Shown: in pieces, positions 29,704-40,239 of the stretch
Numbering within the stretch: position 1 is the stretch's first letter
How the letters are laid out: every line of letters begins with the position of its first letter
Assembly (NCBI GenBank): GCA_963676395.1
Contig: OY781066.1
Span: 2,271,626 to 2,335,625, forward strand
Direction of reading: 5' to 3'
Length of the DNA stretch: 64,000 nucleotides
DNA from: a bacterium
Lineage (GTDB): Bacteria; Fidelibacterota; Fidelibacteria; Fidelibacterales; Fidelibacteraceae
Made by a program: the position numbers and the translations under genes
The notes under the pieces: generated by a model
Told to the model about the DNA's origin: nothing
The model's input: only the letters and a program-made list of their open reading frames with translations
The model's database searches: none

Positions 29704-30396
29704 TTAACTTTTTGATCCTTGTTTTGCAAGGGTATCAGCATATTCATTCCATTTATTGCCAGTATGGGCTGCAACTTTATGAAAGTGCAAAGTGATAGGT
29801 TGCTTGAGCATATAGGCTTGATAGGCTTGAGTAAGTTCTTTATTGGCTTTCCATTTTCCGGTGGCCCACATTTCAATGCCTTTATAATCATAGTATATAT
29901 GCAGGTCTTTTATATTATTATTTTTTGCCCAGGAAACGCTTTCGATTGCGGCTTTGAGCTCTCCACCAATCTGATAGTGTTCCTCATATTTATCATCCAT
30001 TTTTCCTGATATTTTATGAATAATGCGTTCTCCATCGAGGATAACCGCTCCGTAACCGATCACTTTATTTAAAAATGAACCGTCCACATAAGCGGAGATC
30101 ACTCCCTTCTTGGCTTTGGGAGCGGCATTATGCTGAAATTCTTGCCATTTTTCAAGAACTAAATCCTTATAAGAAGCTATTTTGATCTCCTGGCATGTTA
30201 ATTTGAAACTTTTCTTTTTAGGACTGTAGTATAAACTGCCTTTTCCAATATATTGGCCTGCAGTGTGGAGGTCTATTTTTGCAACATAATCCCGAGTTGC
30301 ATCAATATCTAGAACAGCTGTAAATTCATTCTTTTCCAAGAATGCGGCAAATTCACGAGCTTTGGGTATGGTTTTATCCTGGTGTAAGTAATTCAT
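29704..30396 (-). CDS. Ribonuclease HI with an atypical N-terminal domain
   Basis: YVDGS, GELKA, YYDY, KVAAHTGNKWNEYAD catalytic D-E-D-D set. Confidence 0.85.
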   Translation of the reverse strand: MNYLHQDKTIPKAREFAAFLEKNEFTAVLDIDATRDYVAKIDLHTAGQYIGKGSLYYSPKKKSFKLTCQEIKIASYKDLVLEKWQEFQHNAAPKAKKGVISAYVDGSFLNKVIGYGAVILDGERIIHKISGKMDDKYEEHYQIGGELKAAIESVSWAKNNNIKDLHIYYDYKGIEMWATGKWKANKELTQAYQAYMLKQPITLHFHKVAAHTGNKWNEYADTLAKQGSKS

Positions 30397-30549
30397 CTGA
30401 TAAATATAGAGAATTTAGTAGCCAGAAGCTAGAATTCAGTAGTCAGAATTTAGTAGTTAAAATTTAGCAAGTAATAGTGATCTGTCAATTTTAAATCATA
30501 AATCTGTTTTCCACTAACCTAAGCACTATATTTGCCTTGCATCCTACGG

Positions 30550-31701
30550 CTAACGAATTTCTAAATCATCCTTTTCGGGTAATTCCGGAAAAGAATTATG
30601 CGGTTCCAATTGATACCAATAAGCGACGGATGAGATATCGTCTTTTAGCGGTAAATATCGACCGCCGGAACGCCAACCCAGTGCTTGCATGGTAATTTTT
30701 AATTCTTTTTCAAAGCGAATGGGATCGGTGATGTGCCATCGATACATACCGTAACGTGTAATGGTTTTTGTCCAGCTCTTTGGATGTGGTGGATAATGGA
30801 AAAATCCGGCGTAGGGAGTAGAATAATCCGTATAGTGTCTTTCGCCATCATGATCTTGGGTTAAAAAACTGTATGAACCGCAGAAATAATCTTCAGTTCC
30901 CGTACCGCAGATGGTCGGGAAGTCGGTGTCTCCATCCATATAAACTTTGATCTCGCCTTCACCCCACCAGCCATCATTATTTGACTGCCAGGTCATGTAG
31001 GTCCCCACATAGTGACCTTTGCCCTTTATTCCATCCACAATAGTATAGACTTCTTTGTAGGGGAGAGGATTTACACGACGAAATTGAGCGTGAAAATATG
31101 CGGCATCCTTTGGGATATCCGTTAAGGTATAATCAACCTGATAAAAGAGACGCATATCTTTTTCTGCAATATTTTCTACTGTGATTTTACAGGATTTTCT
31201 GAATGGCATGATCCAATAGCAATTGAATGCCGATCCCGGGTTAACGCAAACCGGGATAGATGTTACTTGTTTAAAATAATAAGCCGAAGCAAAGAAATCC
31301 CCCAAAGGAACTTCGACGGACGGTTCTTCTTCGCCATCCCAATACATTCTAAGTATGGCAAAACGCCAATCTCCGGTAGGAGTTAACCAAATATGTTGAA
31401 TAGCTCCGGAGCCTTTAATATCAGCCATTATTTGAGTTTCACCGGAAGGAATAACATAATATGGATTCACTTTCCAACCTTGTCCAAGATCTCTTGCAGC
31501 ATGAGCCGCAGACCCTTCTTCAAGTGTTATCATGCCACCTTTACCGGGTTCTCCAGTTGGGTGCTCAGGTGATATCGATCTGCTTTTAGCATTTGAAACC
31601 TTGATAAGATCATTAAGATCTGCCGTCAATCCATTAAATGAACTTGCAAAAAGAACTGTGCTCAATAATATGACGCATAAAATGACAGTCGATTTTTTCA
31701 T
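30550..31701 (-). CDS. Glycoside hydrolase family 172 (DUF2961) protein, secreted
   Basis: SRSISPE, GAIQHIW, WWGEGEIK, GTGTEDYF, YRWHITDPIRF. Confidence 0.88.
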   Translation of the reverse strand: MKKSTVILCVILLSTVLFASSFNGLTADLNDLIKVSNAKSRSISPEHPTGEPGKGGMITLEEGSAAHAARDLGQGWKVNPYYVIPSGETQIMADIKGSGAIQHIWLTPTGDWRFAILRMYWDGEEEPSVEVPLGDFFASAYYFKQVTSIPVCVNPGSAFNCYWIMPFRKSCKITVENIAEKDMRLFYQVDYTLTDIPKDAAYFHAQFRRVNPLPYKEVYTIVDGIKGKGHYVGTYMTWQSNNDGWWGEGEIKVYMDGDTDFPTICGTGTEDYFCGSYSFLTQDHDGERHYTDYSTPYAGFFHYPPHPKSWTKTITRYGMYRWHITDPIRFEKELKITMQALGWRSGGRYLPLKDDISSVAYWYQLEPHNSFPELPEKDDLEIR

Positions 31702-31913
31702 ACTTAACTCCCAATTTGTTTAAATAAGACGAAAGAATTTAAACGTAACTGTAATATAAAAAAAGTATAAATTAAAAAATTATTAAAATTCAGGTAAAAA
31801 TAATCCAAGGAGAACATATTATTTTAGGGATTAATTGCTTGAACGAGTTTAAATAGGGATACTACTTTTTTAGAAAGAAAGCGCTACGAGCATGCCGGTT
31901 TTATTACAGTTTA

Positions 31914-32585
31914 TTACTTGTAGTAGACATTTGGCAGCTGAGTTGCTACTGTTACTTTTGAGTTTTTCTTGATATAGGTGATTAAACCTTCGCTGCCTCT
32001 TGGGATGACATAATCAATGTGATCTTTCAGACTGATCAGCTCGGTCATGGCAACACGATCAGTTGTGGGAATCAAAGTTATTAGAGCTCTAGGTAAATTA
32101 TGAGCTTCCAGTACATCACCCAAAATAGAAACCGATGCCGTATTCGTATGGAATCCTTCTTTACCGCCTCGTAATACAATAGTATGCCCGGCCGTAAATG
32201 CCTGAATTGACGCCTCAATACTGATATAGGGTCGGGATTCGTAAACGACGGCATATAAGGAAGCCTTGGGGATATCACGACCTTCATCATCTTGCAATAC
32301 AAGGTTTTTATTATTAGATGCGTAAGCTTTTGCACAGGCGGTTAAATTGAACAGACGTTCATCATTCATATGAAGTCTATCAATTGCCTTGGGAGAAAGG
32401 TGCATTGCTTTGCCGATTTTAAGATCTTCGGCATTAAGTTTAAAAATAATCTCTTTATTTTTCTCTAAAGAATCAACCATATCCAAAAGCACGCTTTTAA
32501 TGAGCGAATTATCAATATCTCTTAAAACAAGTGAAGCCTGCCTGGCGTCATTGATAAGAGGTAAGATCGAGTTTACTGTGGTCAT
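31914..32585 (-). CDS. ProA-like protein, nucleotide-binding half only
   Basis: NAEDL, IDRL, YESRP, VLRGGKE, DYVIPRGSEGL; ends at 223 aa before the catalytic domain. Confidence 0.75.
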   Translation of the reverse strand: MTTVNSILPLINDARQASLVLRDIDNSLIKSVLLDMVDSLEKNKEIIFKLNAEDLKIGKAMHLSPKAIDRLHMNDERLFNLTACAKAYASNNKNLVLQDDEGRDIPKASLYAVVYESRPYISIEASIQAFTAGHTIVLRGGKEGFHTNTASVSILGDVLEAHNLPRALITLIPTTDRVAMTELISLKDHIDYVIPRGSEGLITYIKKNSKVTVATQLPNVYYK

Positions 32586-32819
32586 TATTTTGCACCTTAG
32601 AATATTACCGCGCTTAATATATTCAAAATAAATGCAAATAAAAGTAAAATTTGGAACTTCTTTTTGTTTGAAGTCGTACTAAATATGTATTACAAATTTA
32701 AATCAAAATTGAAAAATAGGTATAGAGAAAAGGGGAAAAAACACTTGTTACACCATAAAACAGGTGTTAAATTCAAACGTAGTGATATGGTTAATTTACA
32801 TTATTAGAAGGAGATAGGA

Positions 32820-33458
32820 ATGAAAAAACTATTGGTATTGTTGATGTCTGTGTTGTTAGCATCATTTGCATTTGCTCAGTTTGACTTGGGTGTAAAATTA
32901 GGTGCTAACTATTCATACATTGAATCTGAAGAGTTCGAAGCTCAAGAATACATTGATACGTTTAGCGATCTGGAAAATATCACTGGTTTCGTTGGGGGTG
33001 CTTTTGCTTCAATAGGTTTAGGTAACTTTGCTCTACAGGTTGAAGGTTTGTTTTCAATGGAGGGATTCTCAATTGATGAAATCGTAGCCGATGGTGAAGT
33101 TGGTGATGTTATCGAAAACACAACTATTCGTACAAACTACCTCAACGCAGTTGCAATGGCTCGTTACAATCTCCCTATTCCGGTAGTTAGTCCATTTGTC
33201 GGTGTTGGCGTTAATGCCGGCATTCCTTTGGGTGATGCGCAAGTAGAAAATCCTGAACAGCTTGATTTTGAAATTGAAAACTTTGATTTTCGTCAATTGG
33301 GTCTTTGCTACTCACTCGGCGTTAAACTTCTTGATATGGTTGATGTTGAATTTCGTTACGTACAGGGTTTAACCGATATCTATTCTCTTGAAGGCGAAGA
33401 TGACGAACCGACTTTCTCACATACTCTGAGATTGTCTCTCGGACTTTATATCTTCTAA
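32820..33458 (+). CDS. Outer membrane beta-barrel (porin family) protein
   Basis: Signal peptide AFA/Q, GVKLGAN, alternating strands, terminal Phe. Confidence 0.8.
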   Translation: MKKLLVLLMSVLLASFAFAQFDLGVKLGANYSYIESEEFEAQEYIDTFSDLENITGFVGGAFASIGLGNFALQVEGLFSMEGFSIDEIVADGEVGDVIENTTIRTNYLNAVAMARYNLPIPVVSPFVGVGVNAGIPLGDAQVENPEQLDFEIENFDFRQLGLCYSLGVKLLDMVDVEFRYVQGLTDIYSLEGEDDEPTFSHTLRLSLGLYIF

Positions 33459-33484
33459 GCCAGTCTTTAAAGATCTTAAAAATT

Positions 33485-33510
33485 GACCCGTCACATGATG
33501 GGTCTTTTTT
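33485..33510 (+). terminator. Terminator after the beta-barrel gene
   Basis: GACCCGTCA-CA-TGATGGGTC followed by a T tract. Confidence 0.65.
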
Positions 33511-33716
33511 ATATGGTCGATAAAGTCGTTGATTTTATTTTATTGCTTTAACGAAATTAAAATTGACATTTTAGTTTATCGATTTCTTTACTTCTTTATC
33601 GTTCCATCGACTTTATTTCCGAATAATCGTAAAAATAATTGTAAAATTATTGAAAAATACTTGGACGAGGGGAGCTATTTGTTTAAATTTAGGTGTTAAT
33701 AGGAAAAAATGATAAT

Positions 33717-33761
33717 ATGACTATGAATTTGCACATCCATCATCTACATACTGCTCCTTAG
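33717..33761 (+). CDS. his operon leader peptide MTMNLHIHHLHTAP
   Basis: 14-codon ORF with 4 His codons, upstream of a terminator and hisG. Confidence 0.75.
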   Translation: MTMNLHIHHLHTAP

Positions 33762-33795
33762 GGGCCGGGATGAGTGCATTGAACAGATAAATTTT

Positions 33796-33828
33796 TCCCG
33801 ATCCCTTTAAAAGGATCGGGATTTTTTT
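33796..33828 (+). terminator. his attenuator terminator
   Basis: TCCCGATCC-CTTTAAAA-GGATCGGGA followed by T7, 27 nt before hisG. Confidence 0.85.
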
Positions 33829-33855
33829 AAGATATATAAAAATAAAGGACAAAAC

Positions 33856-34710
33856 ATGCTGACACTAGCGATTCAAAAGAAAGGCAGATTATCAACCAAA
33901 AGTATGGAACTGTTGGAAAAATGCGGGATCCATTTTAAAAGTACAGGACAAGGTAAGTTGACGACAGCTTCAACGAATTTTCCAATGGAAATATTATTTT
34001 TACGTGATGATGATATCCCCGCTTGCGTTGAAGATGGTATTGCCGATATCGGTATTGTAGGTGATAATGAGGTTATGGAGACAGGTGCGAATCTTGAGAT
34101 GGTATTAGCACTTGGTTTTGGTAAATGCCGTTTATCTTTAGCTATCCCCAAAGCTGAAGAATATAAAGATCTTACATCCTTAAGTGGTAAAAGGATCGCA
34201 ACATCATATGGTGGTATTTTAGATAAATATCTTAAGGAAGCAGGTGTTGAGGCGGAGATCCACAATATTTCAGGATCGGTTGAGATTGCCCCAAGCATTA
34301 ATATGGCTGATGCAATCTTCGATATCGTCAGCACAGGTTCAACATTGATCTCCAATGGATTAAAAGAAGTCGATACCCTGGTTAGATCTCAAGCAAGTTT
34401 ATACTGCAATAAAGAACTAAGTGAAGAAAAACGCAGCCTTATTGAAAAAATCATTTTTAGAATTAAGTCTGTAAGAACCGCAAAAGATTATAAATACATT
34501 TTATTAAATGTCCCCAATGAAAAACTGGATATTGTATGTGAAATTCTACCCGGTATGAAAAGCCCCACAATTATGCCTTTAGGAGAAAGTGGATGGTCAT
34601 CGGTACATTCTGTAATAAAAGAGGATAAATTCTGGGATATTATTGAACAATTAAAGGCGGCAGGTGCCGAAAGCTTGCTTGTGACCGATATTGAACAAAT
34701 GATACTGTGA
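33856..34710 (+). CDS. hisG: ATP phosphoribosyltransferase (long form)
   Basis: AIQKKGRL, RDDDIP, GSVEIAP, DIVSTGSTL, C-terminal regulatory domain. Confidence 0.97.
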   Translation: MLTLAIQKKGRLSTKSMELLEKCGIHFKSTGQGKLTTASTNFPMEILFLRDDDIPACVEDGIADIGIVGDNEVMETGANLEMVLALGFGKCRLSLAIPKAEEYKDLTSLSGKRIATSYGGILDKYLKEAGVEAEIHNISGSVEIAPSINMADAIFDIVSTGSTLISNGLKEVDTLVRSQASLYCNKELSEEKRSLIEKIIFRIKSVRTAKDYKYILLNVPNEKLDIVCEILPGMKSPTIMPLGESGWSSVHSVIKEDKFWDIIEQLKAAGAESLLVTDIEQMIL

Positions 34711-34717
34711 GGAAAAT

Positions 34718-36007
34718 ATGAAGATTTATAGCAATCCACCTCGCGAAGAGTGGAAAACGCTCTGTGAAAGACCTATGATGAATCAGACGCGGCTCATCTC
34801 CTCCGTTAAAGATATTATTCGTATGACAATGCTTAAAGGTGATGAAGCATTAATAGGATATGCAAAAAAATTCGACAATGCGGATTTAAAAAGTATCTTG
34901 TGTACAGCTGAGGAAATTAAAGAATCCGAAAAGGATATTTCGGTCGTCTTAAAGGATAATATTCGTCTCGCAATTACAAATATTAAAAAATTTCATGAAG
35001 CTCAGATGCCGAAGAAGAAATTTATCAAAACTATGCCCGGTGTGCGCTGCTGGCGCGAAGCTCGGGCTATCGAGAAAGTTGGTATTTATGTACCCGGTGG
35101 TACGGCACCGCTTTTTTCAACCGTTTTAATGTTGGCTGTTCCTGCTGTTTTAGCCGGTTGTAAAGAGATCGTACTATGTTCACCTCCAAGAAAGGATGGA
35201 ACGTTGCATCCTGCAATTCTTTGGGCGGCTAAAGAGGCCGGTGTAACCCATATTTGTAAAGCCGGTGGAGCGCAAGCTATCGCAGCCATGACTTACGGGA
35301 CTGAGTCCGTACCTGCCGTTTATAAAATCCTGGGGCCCGGTAATCAATATGTTACTGCCGCTAAAATGTATCTCGCTTCTCAGGAAAAAGTGGCGATTGA
35401 TATGCCGGCAGGGCCTTCTGAGGTACTTGTTTTGGCCGATGAATATGCAAATGTTGAATTTATTGCAGCTGATTTGCTTTCCCAGGCTGAACACGGCCAT
35501 GATTCGCAAGCGATTTTAGTTACATCGGATGAAAGTATGCCCGAAAAGGTCAGAACTGAAGTCATTGAACAAATGGATACGCTTTCCAGAGCGGATATAG
35601 CTCAGCATTCATTGATTAATAGCAAGATCATTTACTTTAAAGATCAGAAAACATGCTTGGAATTTGCAAACGAATATGCATCAGAGCATTTAATATTAAA
35701 CACCAGGAATGCCGTAGACCTGATCCCCGAAGTCAGAAATGCCGGATCGGTCTTCGTTGGAGATCTAACACCCGAGTCGGTAGGCGATTATGCGTCAGGA
35801 ACAAATCATACACTTCCTACGGCCGGTTATGCAAAAAGCTATAGCGGTGTTTCGCTTGACTCCTATTTTAAAATGGTAACTTTTCAGGCATTATCAGCTA
35901 AAGGGTTAAAGAATATTGGTCCGGCAGTTGAACATATGGCAAAAACCGAAGGTTTGGATGCGCATAAGCAGGCCGTAACACGAAGATTATCAACAATTAA
36001 AAGCTAA
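34718..36007 (+). CDS. hisD: Histidinol dehydrogenase
   Basis: YVPGG, GPGNQYV, DMPAGPSEV, SQAEH, GDYASGTNHTLPT. Confidence 0.97.
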   Translation: MKIYSNPPREEWKTLCERPMMNQTRLISSVKDIIRMTMLKGDEALIGYAKKFDNADLKSILCTAEEIKESEKDISVVLKDNIRLAITNIKKFHEAQMPKKKFIKTMPGVRCWREARAIEKVGIYVPGGTAPLFSTVLMLAVPAVLAGCKEIVLCSPPRKDGTLHPAILWAAKEAGVTHICKAGGAQAIAAMTYGTESVPAVYKILGPGNQYVTAAKMYLASQEKVAIDMPAGPSEVLVLADEYANVEFIAADLLSQAEHGHDSQAILVTSDESMPEKVRTEVIEQMDTLSRADIAQHSLINSKIIYFKDQKTCLEFANEYASEHLILNTRNAVDLIPEVRNAGSVFVGDLTPESVGDYASGTNHTLPTAGYAKSYSGVSLDSYFKMVTFQALSAKGLKNIGPAVEHMAKTEGLDAHKQAVTRRLSTIKS

Positions 36008-36018
36008 GAAAGCGATAT

Positions 36019-37083
36019 ATGGCAATTGACATTACATCTTTGATCAGAAAAAACGTTCGGAAAATGAAGAAATATGCTTCGGCCCGTGAAGAGTTTACGG
36101 GAAAGGCTAAGGTATTTCTTGATGCTAATGAAAATTCATTCGGTTCCTCGGCCAATAAGGATCTTAATCGTTATCCCGAGCCCATTCCCAAGCAATTGCG
36201 AGAGGCTATTGCCAAGTATAAGGGCATTAATGATCCGCAGAAGATATTTCTTGGAAATGGTAGTGACGAAGCCATTGATTTGGTTATAAGAGCATTTTGC
36301 GAACCTCGCGAAGACTCGATCATGATCCTGCCACCGACCTATGGTATGTACAGCGTTTGCGCTAATGTTAATGATGTTGATATTATGAAAATCGCTTTAA
36401 ATTCAGACTTTTCACTAAATGTCGATGAGATCATAGCTAAAGCGAATGCCGAAAAACCTAAAGTAATCATTATTTGTACACCCAATAACCCTTCAGCCAA
36501 TGTTTATCAAGAAGGTGATATCGAAAAAGTGTTGAAAAATGTACCCTCACTGGTTATTGTGGATGAAGCCTATATTGACTTTTCTACAAAAGATTCATGG
36601 GTAAAAAGACTAGATGAATTTAATAATTTAATAGTGATTCAGACCTTTTCCAAAGCTTGGGGAATGGCGGGTGTTCGTTTAGGTATGGCTTTTGCAGATC
36701 CGGAGATCATAGAAGTGCTCAATAAGATCAAGTATCCTTATAATATTAATGATGTCACAACAAGCATTGTGCTTGAGACTGTGAATAATCCCTGGCTGAA
36801 AGAAAATCTCGTATCAAAGATTATACATGAAAGAGCTTATTTGATGCATGAATTTTCAAAACTTGATATAGTGAACGAAGTATTGGATTCCGAAGCCAAC
36901 TTCTTTCTTGCCAGGTTTGATGAGCCTAAGAAGGTATATACATTTTTAACCGAAGAGGGGATCGTTGTTCGCGATCGTTCCGATCAATTACATTGTGAAG
37001 GATGTTTGAGAATTACCGTGGGTACGAGAGAGGAAAATACTATGTTGCTAAACGCATTAAAAAAATACCCCGGGGGTGTGTAA
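36019..37083 (+). CDS. hisC: Histidinol-phosphate aminotransferase
   Basis: LDANEN, GNGSDEAI, PNNP, DEAY, TFSKAWGMAG. Confidence 0.97.
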   Translation: MAIDITSLIRKNVRKMKKYASAREEFTGKAKVFLDANENSFGSSANKDLNRYPEPIPKQLREAIAKYKGINDPQKIFLGNGSDEAIDLVIRAFCEPREDSIMILPPTYGMYSVCANVNDVDIMKIALNSDFSLNVDEIIAKANAEKPKVIIICTPNNPSANVYQEGDIEKVLKNVPSLVIVDEAYIDFSTKDSWVKRLDEFNNLIVIQTFSKAWGMAGVRLGMAFADPEIIEVLNKIKYPYNINDVTTSIVLETVNNPWLKENLVSKIIHERAYLMHEFSKLDIVNEVLDSEANFFLARFDEPKKVYTFLTEEGIVVRDRSDQLHCEGCLRITVGTREENTMLLNALKKYPGGV

Positions 37084-38165
37084 TGAAACGCGTTTTATTT
37101 ATCGATAGAGATGGAACCATCATTTCTGAAGTTCCTGATGAAACCATTGATAGTTTTGAAAAACTAAAATTTTTACCCGGCGTAATTTCTGCTTTGGTAA
37201 ATATATCAAAACACTCTGAATATGAGTTGGTTATGGTTTCAAACCAAGATGGATTAGGACGAGCGGATTTCCCTGAAGAACGCTTTTGGGGACCACATAA
37301 TTTTATGATGGATATCTTGGAGGGTGAAGGAATTCGCTTTAAAGACGTGCTTATTGACGCGCATTATGAAGAAGAAAATTCTCCGATGCGAAAACCCAAC
37401 ACGGGTATGTTAACAGCCTATATGAATGCAGATTATGATCTAGCTAATTCATATGTGATCGGGGATCGCAATTCCGATATGCAATTAGCCAAGAATTTGC
37501 ATGCAAAAGGAATCTTTATTGGAGAAAACAATCCGGACGCCGTATTGTCTACCACTTCTTGGAAAGAAATTGAGGAATTCCTGTTGAATCCCAAACGCGT
37601 AGCTGAAGTTCGCAGGGCAACCAAGGAAACGGATATATCTGTAAAAGTAGACCTTGATGGCAAGGGAGAATATAAAATAAAGACAGGGATAGGATTTTTT
37701 GATCATATGCTTGAACTATTTTCAAAGCATTCCGGTATTGATTGTAATGTTACGGTCAATGGTGATTTACATGTAGATGAACACCATAGCATTGAAGATA
37801 CGGGATTGACGCTTGGTGAGGCTTTGTTGAAGGCATTGGGAGATAAACGAGGTATTGAGCGTTATGCTTTTCATTTGCCGATGGATGAAGCTAAAGCAGA
37901 GGTTTTGCTTGACCTCTCCGGTCGTCCATATTTTGTTTATAATGTTAAACATAAACGCGAGTATGTAGGTGAATTACCTACTGAGATGCTGAAGCACTTT
38001 TTTAGATCATTTGCCGATGGATTGCGCTGTAACTTGCATATTTCTGCAGAAGGCGAGAACGAACATCATATTATAGAAGGTGAATTTAAAGCTTTAGCAA
38101 GAGCTATGAAGATTGCCGTAAGGAAAACATCGAATGACCTACCATCTACTAAAGGAGTCCTGTAA
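37083..38165 (+). CDS. hisB: Bifunctional histidinol-phosphatase / imidazoleglycerol-phosphate dehydratase
   Basis: FIDRDGT HAD domain plus RATKETDI, FFDHML, DEHH, NEHH, PSTKG. Confidence 0.96.
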   Translation: MKRVLFIDRDGTIISEVPDETIDSFEKLKFLPGVISALVNISKHSEYELVMVSNQDGLGRADFPEERFWGPHNFMMDILEGEGIRFKDVLIDAHYEEENSPMRKPNTGMLTAYMNADYDLANSYVIGDRNSDMQLAKNLHAKGIFIGENNPDAVLSTTSWKEIEEFLLNPKRVAEVRRATKETDISVKVDLDGKGEYKIKTGIGFFDHMLELFSKHSGIDCNVTVNGDLHVDEHHSIEDTGLTLGEALLKALGDKRGIERYAFHLPMDEAKAEVLLDLSGRPYFVYNVKHKREYVGELPTEMLKHFFRSFADGLRCNLHISAEGENEHHIIEGEFKALARAMKIAVRKTSNDLPSTKGVL

Positions 38166-38746
38166 TGAAAATTGCCGTAATTAAATATTCGGCCGGCAAC
38201 ATACGATCTGTATTGATCGCTCTGGAGCGTTTGAATGTCAATGCGACGGTTACAGATGATCCCGAAGAAATTCGGTCTGCCGATAAGGTTATTTTCCCGG
38301 GAGTAGGGGAAGCATCATCTGCGATGGCGTATTTAAAAGAGCGCGGACTTGATTTAGTGATCAAGGAGTTAAAACAACCCGTTTTAGGTATTTGTCTGGG
38401 GCTTCAATTGATGTGTAAGCATAGTACGGAAGGTGATACGGAATGCTTTGGCATTTTCGATAACAAGGTAATAAGATTCCCCGAAACGGATAAGGTACCT
38501 CATATGGGTTGGAATAGCATAACAAACTTAAATAGCCCTCTATTCAAAGATATAGAAGAAGGTGCGCATGTTTATTTTGTTCATGCCTATGCCGCTGAAC
38601 CGGGTGTGGATCAGATCGCTAAATCAAATTATATTATGCCTTTTGCTTCGGCGATTCAAAAGGATAATTTTTATGCAACGCAATTTCATCCCGAGAAAAG
38701 TGGTGATATTGGTGAAAAAATATTAAAGAATTTTATAGAGTTATAA
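38165..38746 (+). CDS. hisH: Imidazole glycerol phosphate synthase, glutaminase subunit
   Basis: PGVG, GICLG, PHMGWN, QFHPEKS. Confidence 0.97.
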   Translation: MKIAVIKYSAGNIRSVLIALERLNVNATVTDDPEEIRSADKVIFPGVGEASSAMAYLKERGLDLVIKELKQPVLGICLGLQLMCKHSTEGDTECFGIFDNKVIRFPETDKVPHMGWNSITNLNSPLFKDIEEGAHVYFVHAYAAEPGVDQIAKSNYIMPFASAIQKDNFYATQFHPEKSGDIGEKILKNFIEL

Positions 38747-39475
38747 ATGATAACAATTATTCCTGCCATAGACATTATCGATGGTCAATGCGTACGCCTT
38801 AGTAAAGGTGATTACAATACCAAGAAGGTGTACAATGAAAATCCGGGTAGTATTGCCAGGATTTATGCTGACCACGGCGTTAGCAGATTACATTGTGTTG
38901 ATCTCGATGGCGCAAAACAAAAGTATATCGTAAATGAAAAAGCCATATCAAGTATTTGTGCGGTAAAAGAATTATCTGTTGATCTTGGAGGAGGTATTCA
39001 GTCCGATAAAGATATCACAAAAGCTTTTGATCTTGGTGCTAATCAAATAACAGCCGGATCCATTGCTGCACGTGAGCCACAAAAAGTCAATGAATGGTTA
39101 AAGAAATATGGCGCTGATAAGATCATTTTAGGTGCAGACTTCAAATATGGCAAGATAGCTGTTTCGGGCTGGGAAGAATCCACGAGTTATGATCTGATCA
39201 GCTTTTTGGATGATTACGTTTCAAGAGGCATCAAAACCGTCATATCGACGGATATTTCCAAGGATGGTATGCTAAAAGGATCAGCCGTTAAGACCTATGA
39301 GCAGATCAAACTAAAATTTCCTGCGCTTGAACTGATCGCTAGCGGTGGGATATCAAAAATGGATGATATCTATGAATTGAACGATCTGGGTATCGATGCT
39401 GTGATCGTGGGAAAAGCTATCTATGAAAATAGAATTACGTTAAAAGAAATAGAGGAGTTTATCGCTAAATGTTAA
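38747..39475 (+). CDS. hisA: ProFAR isomerase
   Basis: IIPAID, VDLDGA, GGGI, TDISKDG, ASGG. Confidence 0.96.
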   Translation: MITIIPAIDIIDGQCVRLSKGDYNTKKVYNENPGSIARIYADHGVSRLHCVDLDGAKQKYIVNEKAISSICAVKELSVDLGGGIQSDKDITKAFDLGANQITAGSIAAREPQKVNEWLKKYGADKIILGADFKYGKIAVSGWEESTSYDLISFLDDYVSRGIKTVISTDISKDGMLKGSAVKTYEQIKLKFPALELIASGGISKMDDIYELNDLGIDAVIVGKAIYENRITLKEIEEFIAKC

Positions 39476-40227
39476 CAAAAAGGATCATACCTTGCCTCGA
39501 TATCCGAGACGGGCAAACTGTTAAGGGAGTAAAATTCGAATCCATCCGCCATGCGGGTGATCCTATTGAATTAGCGGAACTTTATGCGCGTTCAGGTGCC
39601 GATGAACTTACTTTTCTTGATATCACAGCTACCATAGAAGGTCGTAGCACCTTTGCGGAATTGGTAAACAAGATCGCACATCATATCAATATCCCCTTCA
39701 CGGTTGGAGGAGGTATTAAGTCTGTCGACGATGTGGCAAGGTTATTGGATGCGGGTGCCGATAAGATCACGGTGAATTCAGCTGCCGTGAGAAATCCCGG
39801 TTTGATAGATAAGCTTGCGGCTCGATTCGGATCACAATGTGTTGTATTGGCAATTGACTGCAAACAATATGGTGATGAATCACGAGTACATTTGGATGGT
39901 GGAAGAACAGCTACCGAAAAAGAGACTCTTTCCTGGGCTAGTGAAGCGGTTGGCAGGGGAGCGGGGGAAATTCTTTTAACATCGATGGATCACGATGGAA
40001 CTAAAGACGGGTTTGCGCTTGACATTACTTCAGCAGTTTCTGAATTGCTTTCAGTCCCGGTAATTGCCTCAGGTGGAGCCGGTAAATGTGAACATTTTGT
40101 TGATGTTTTTTCAAAAGGTAAAGCCGATGCTGCTCTTGCTGCCAGTATTTTCCATTTTGGTGAGATTCCCATTCCCGAGTTAAAAACCTACTTAAAAAAT
40201 AAGCACATACCTGTAAGGATGAAATAA
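39469..40227 (+). CDS. hisF: Imidazole glycerol phosphate synthase, cyclase subunit
   Basis: [32 protein letters not shown]. Confidence 0.97.
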   Translation: MLTKRIIPCLDIRDGQTVKGVKFESIRHAGDPIELAELYARSGADELTFLDITATIEGRSTFAELVNKIAHHINIPFTVGGGIKSVDDVARLLDAGADKITVNSAAVRNPGLIDKLAARFGSQCVVLAIDCKQYGDESRVHLDGGRTATEKETLSWASEAVGRGAGEILLTSMDHDGTKDGFALDITSAVSELLSVPVIASGGAGKCEHFVDVFSKGKADAALAASIFHFGEIPIPELKTYLKNKHIPVRMK

Positions 40228-40239
40228 AGAGGAAAAATA

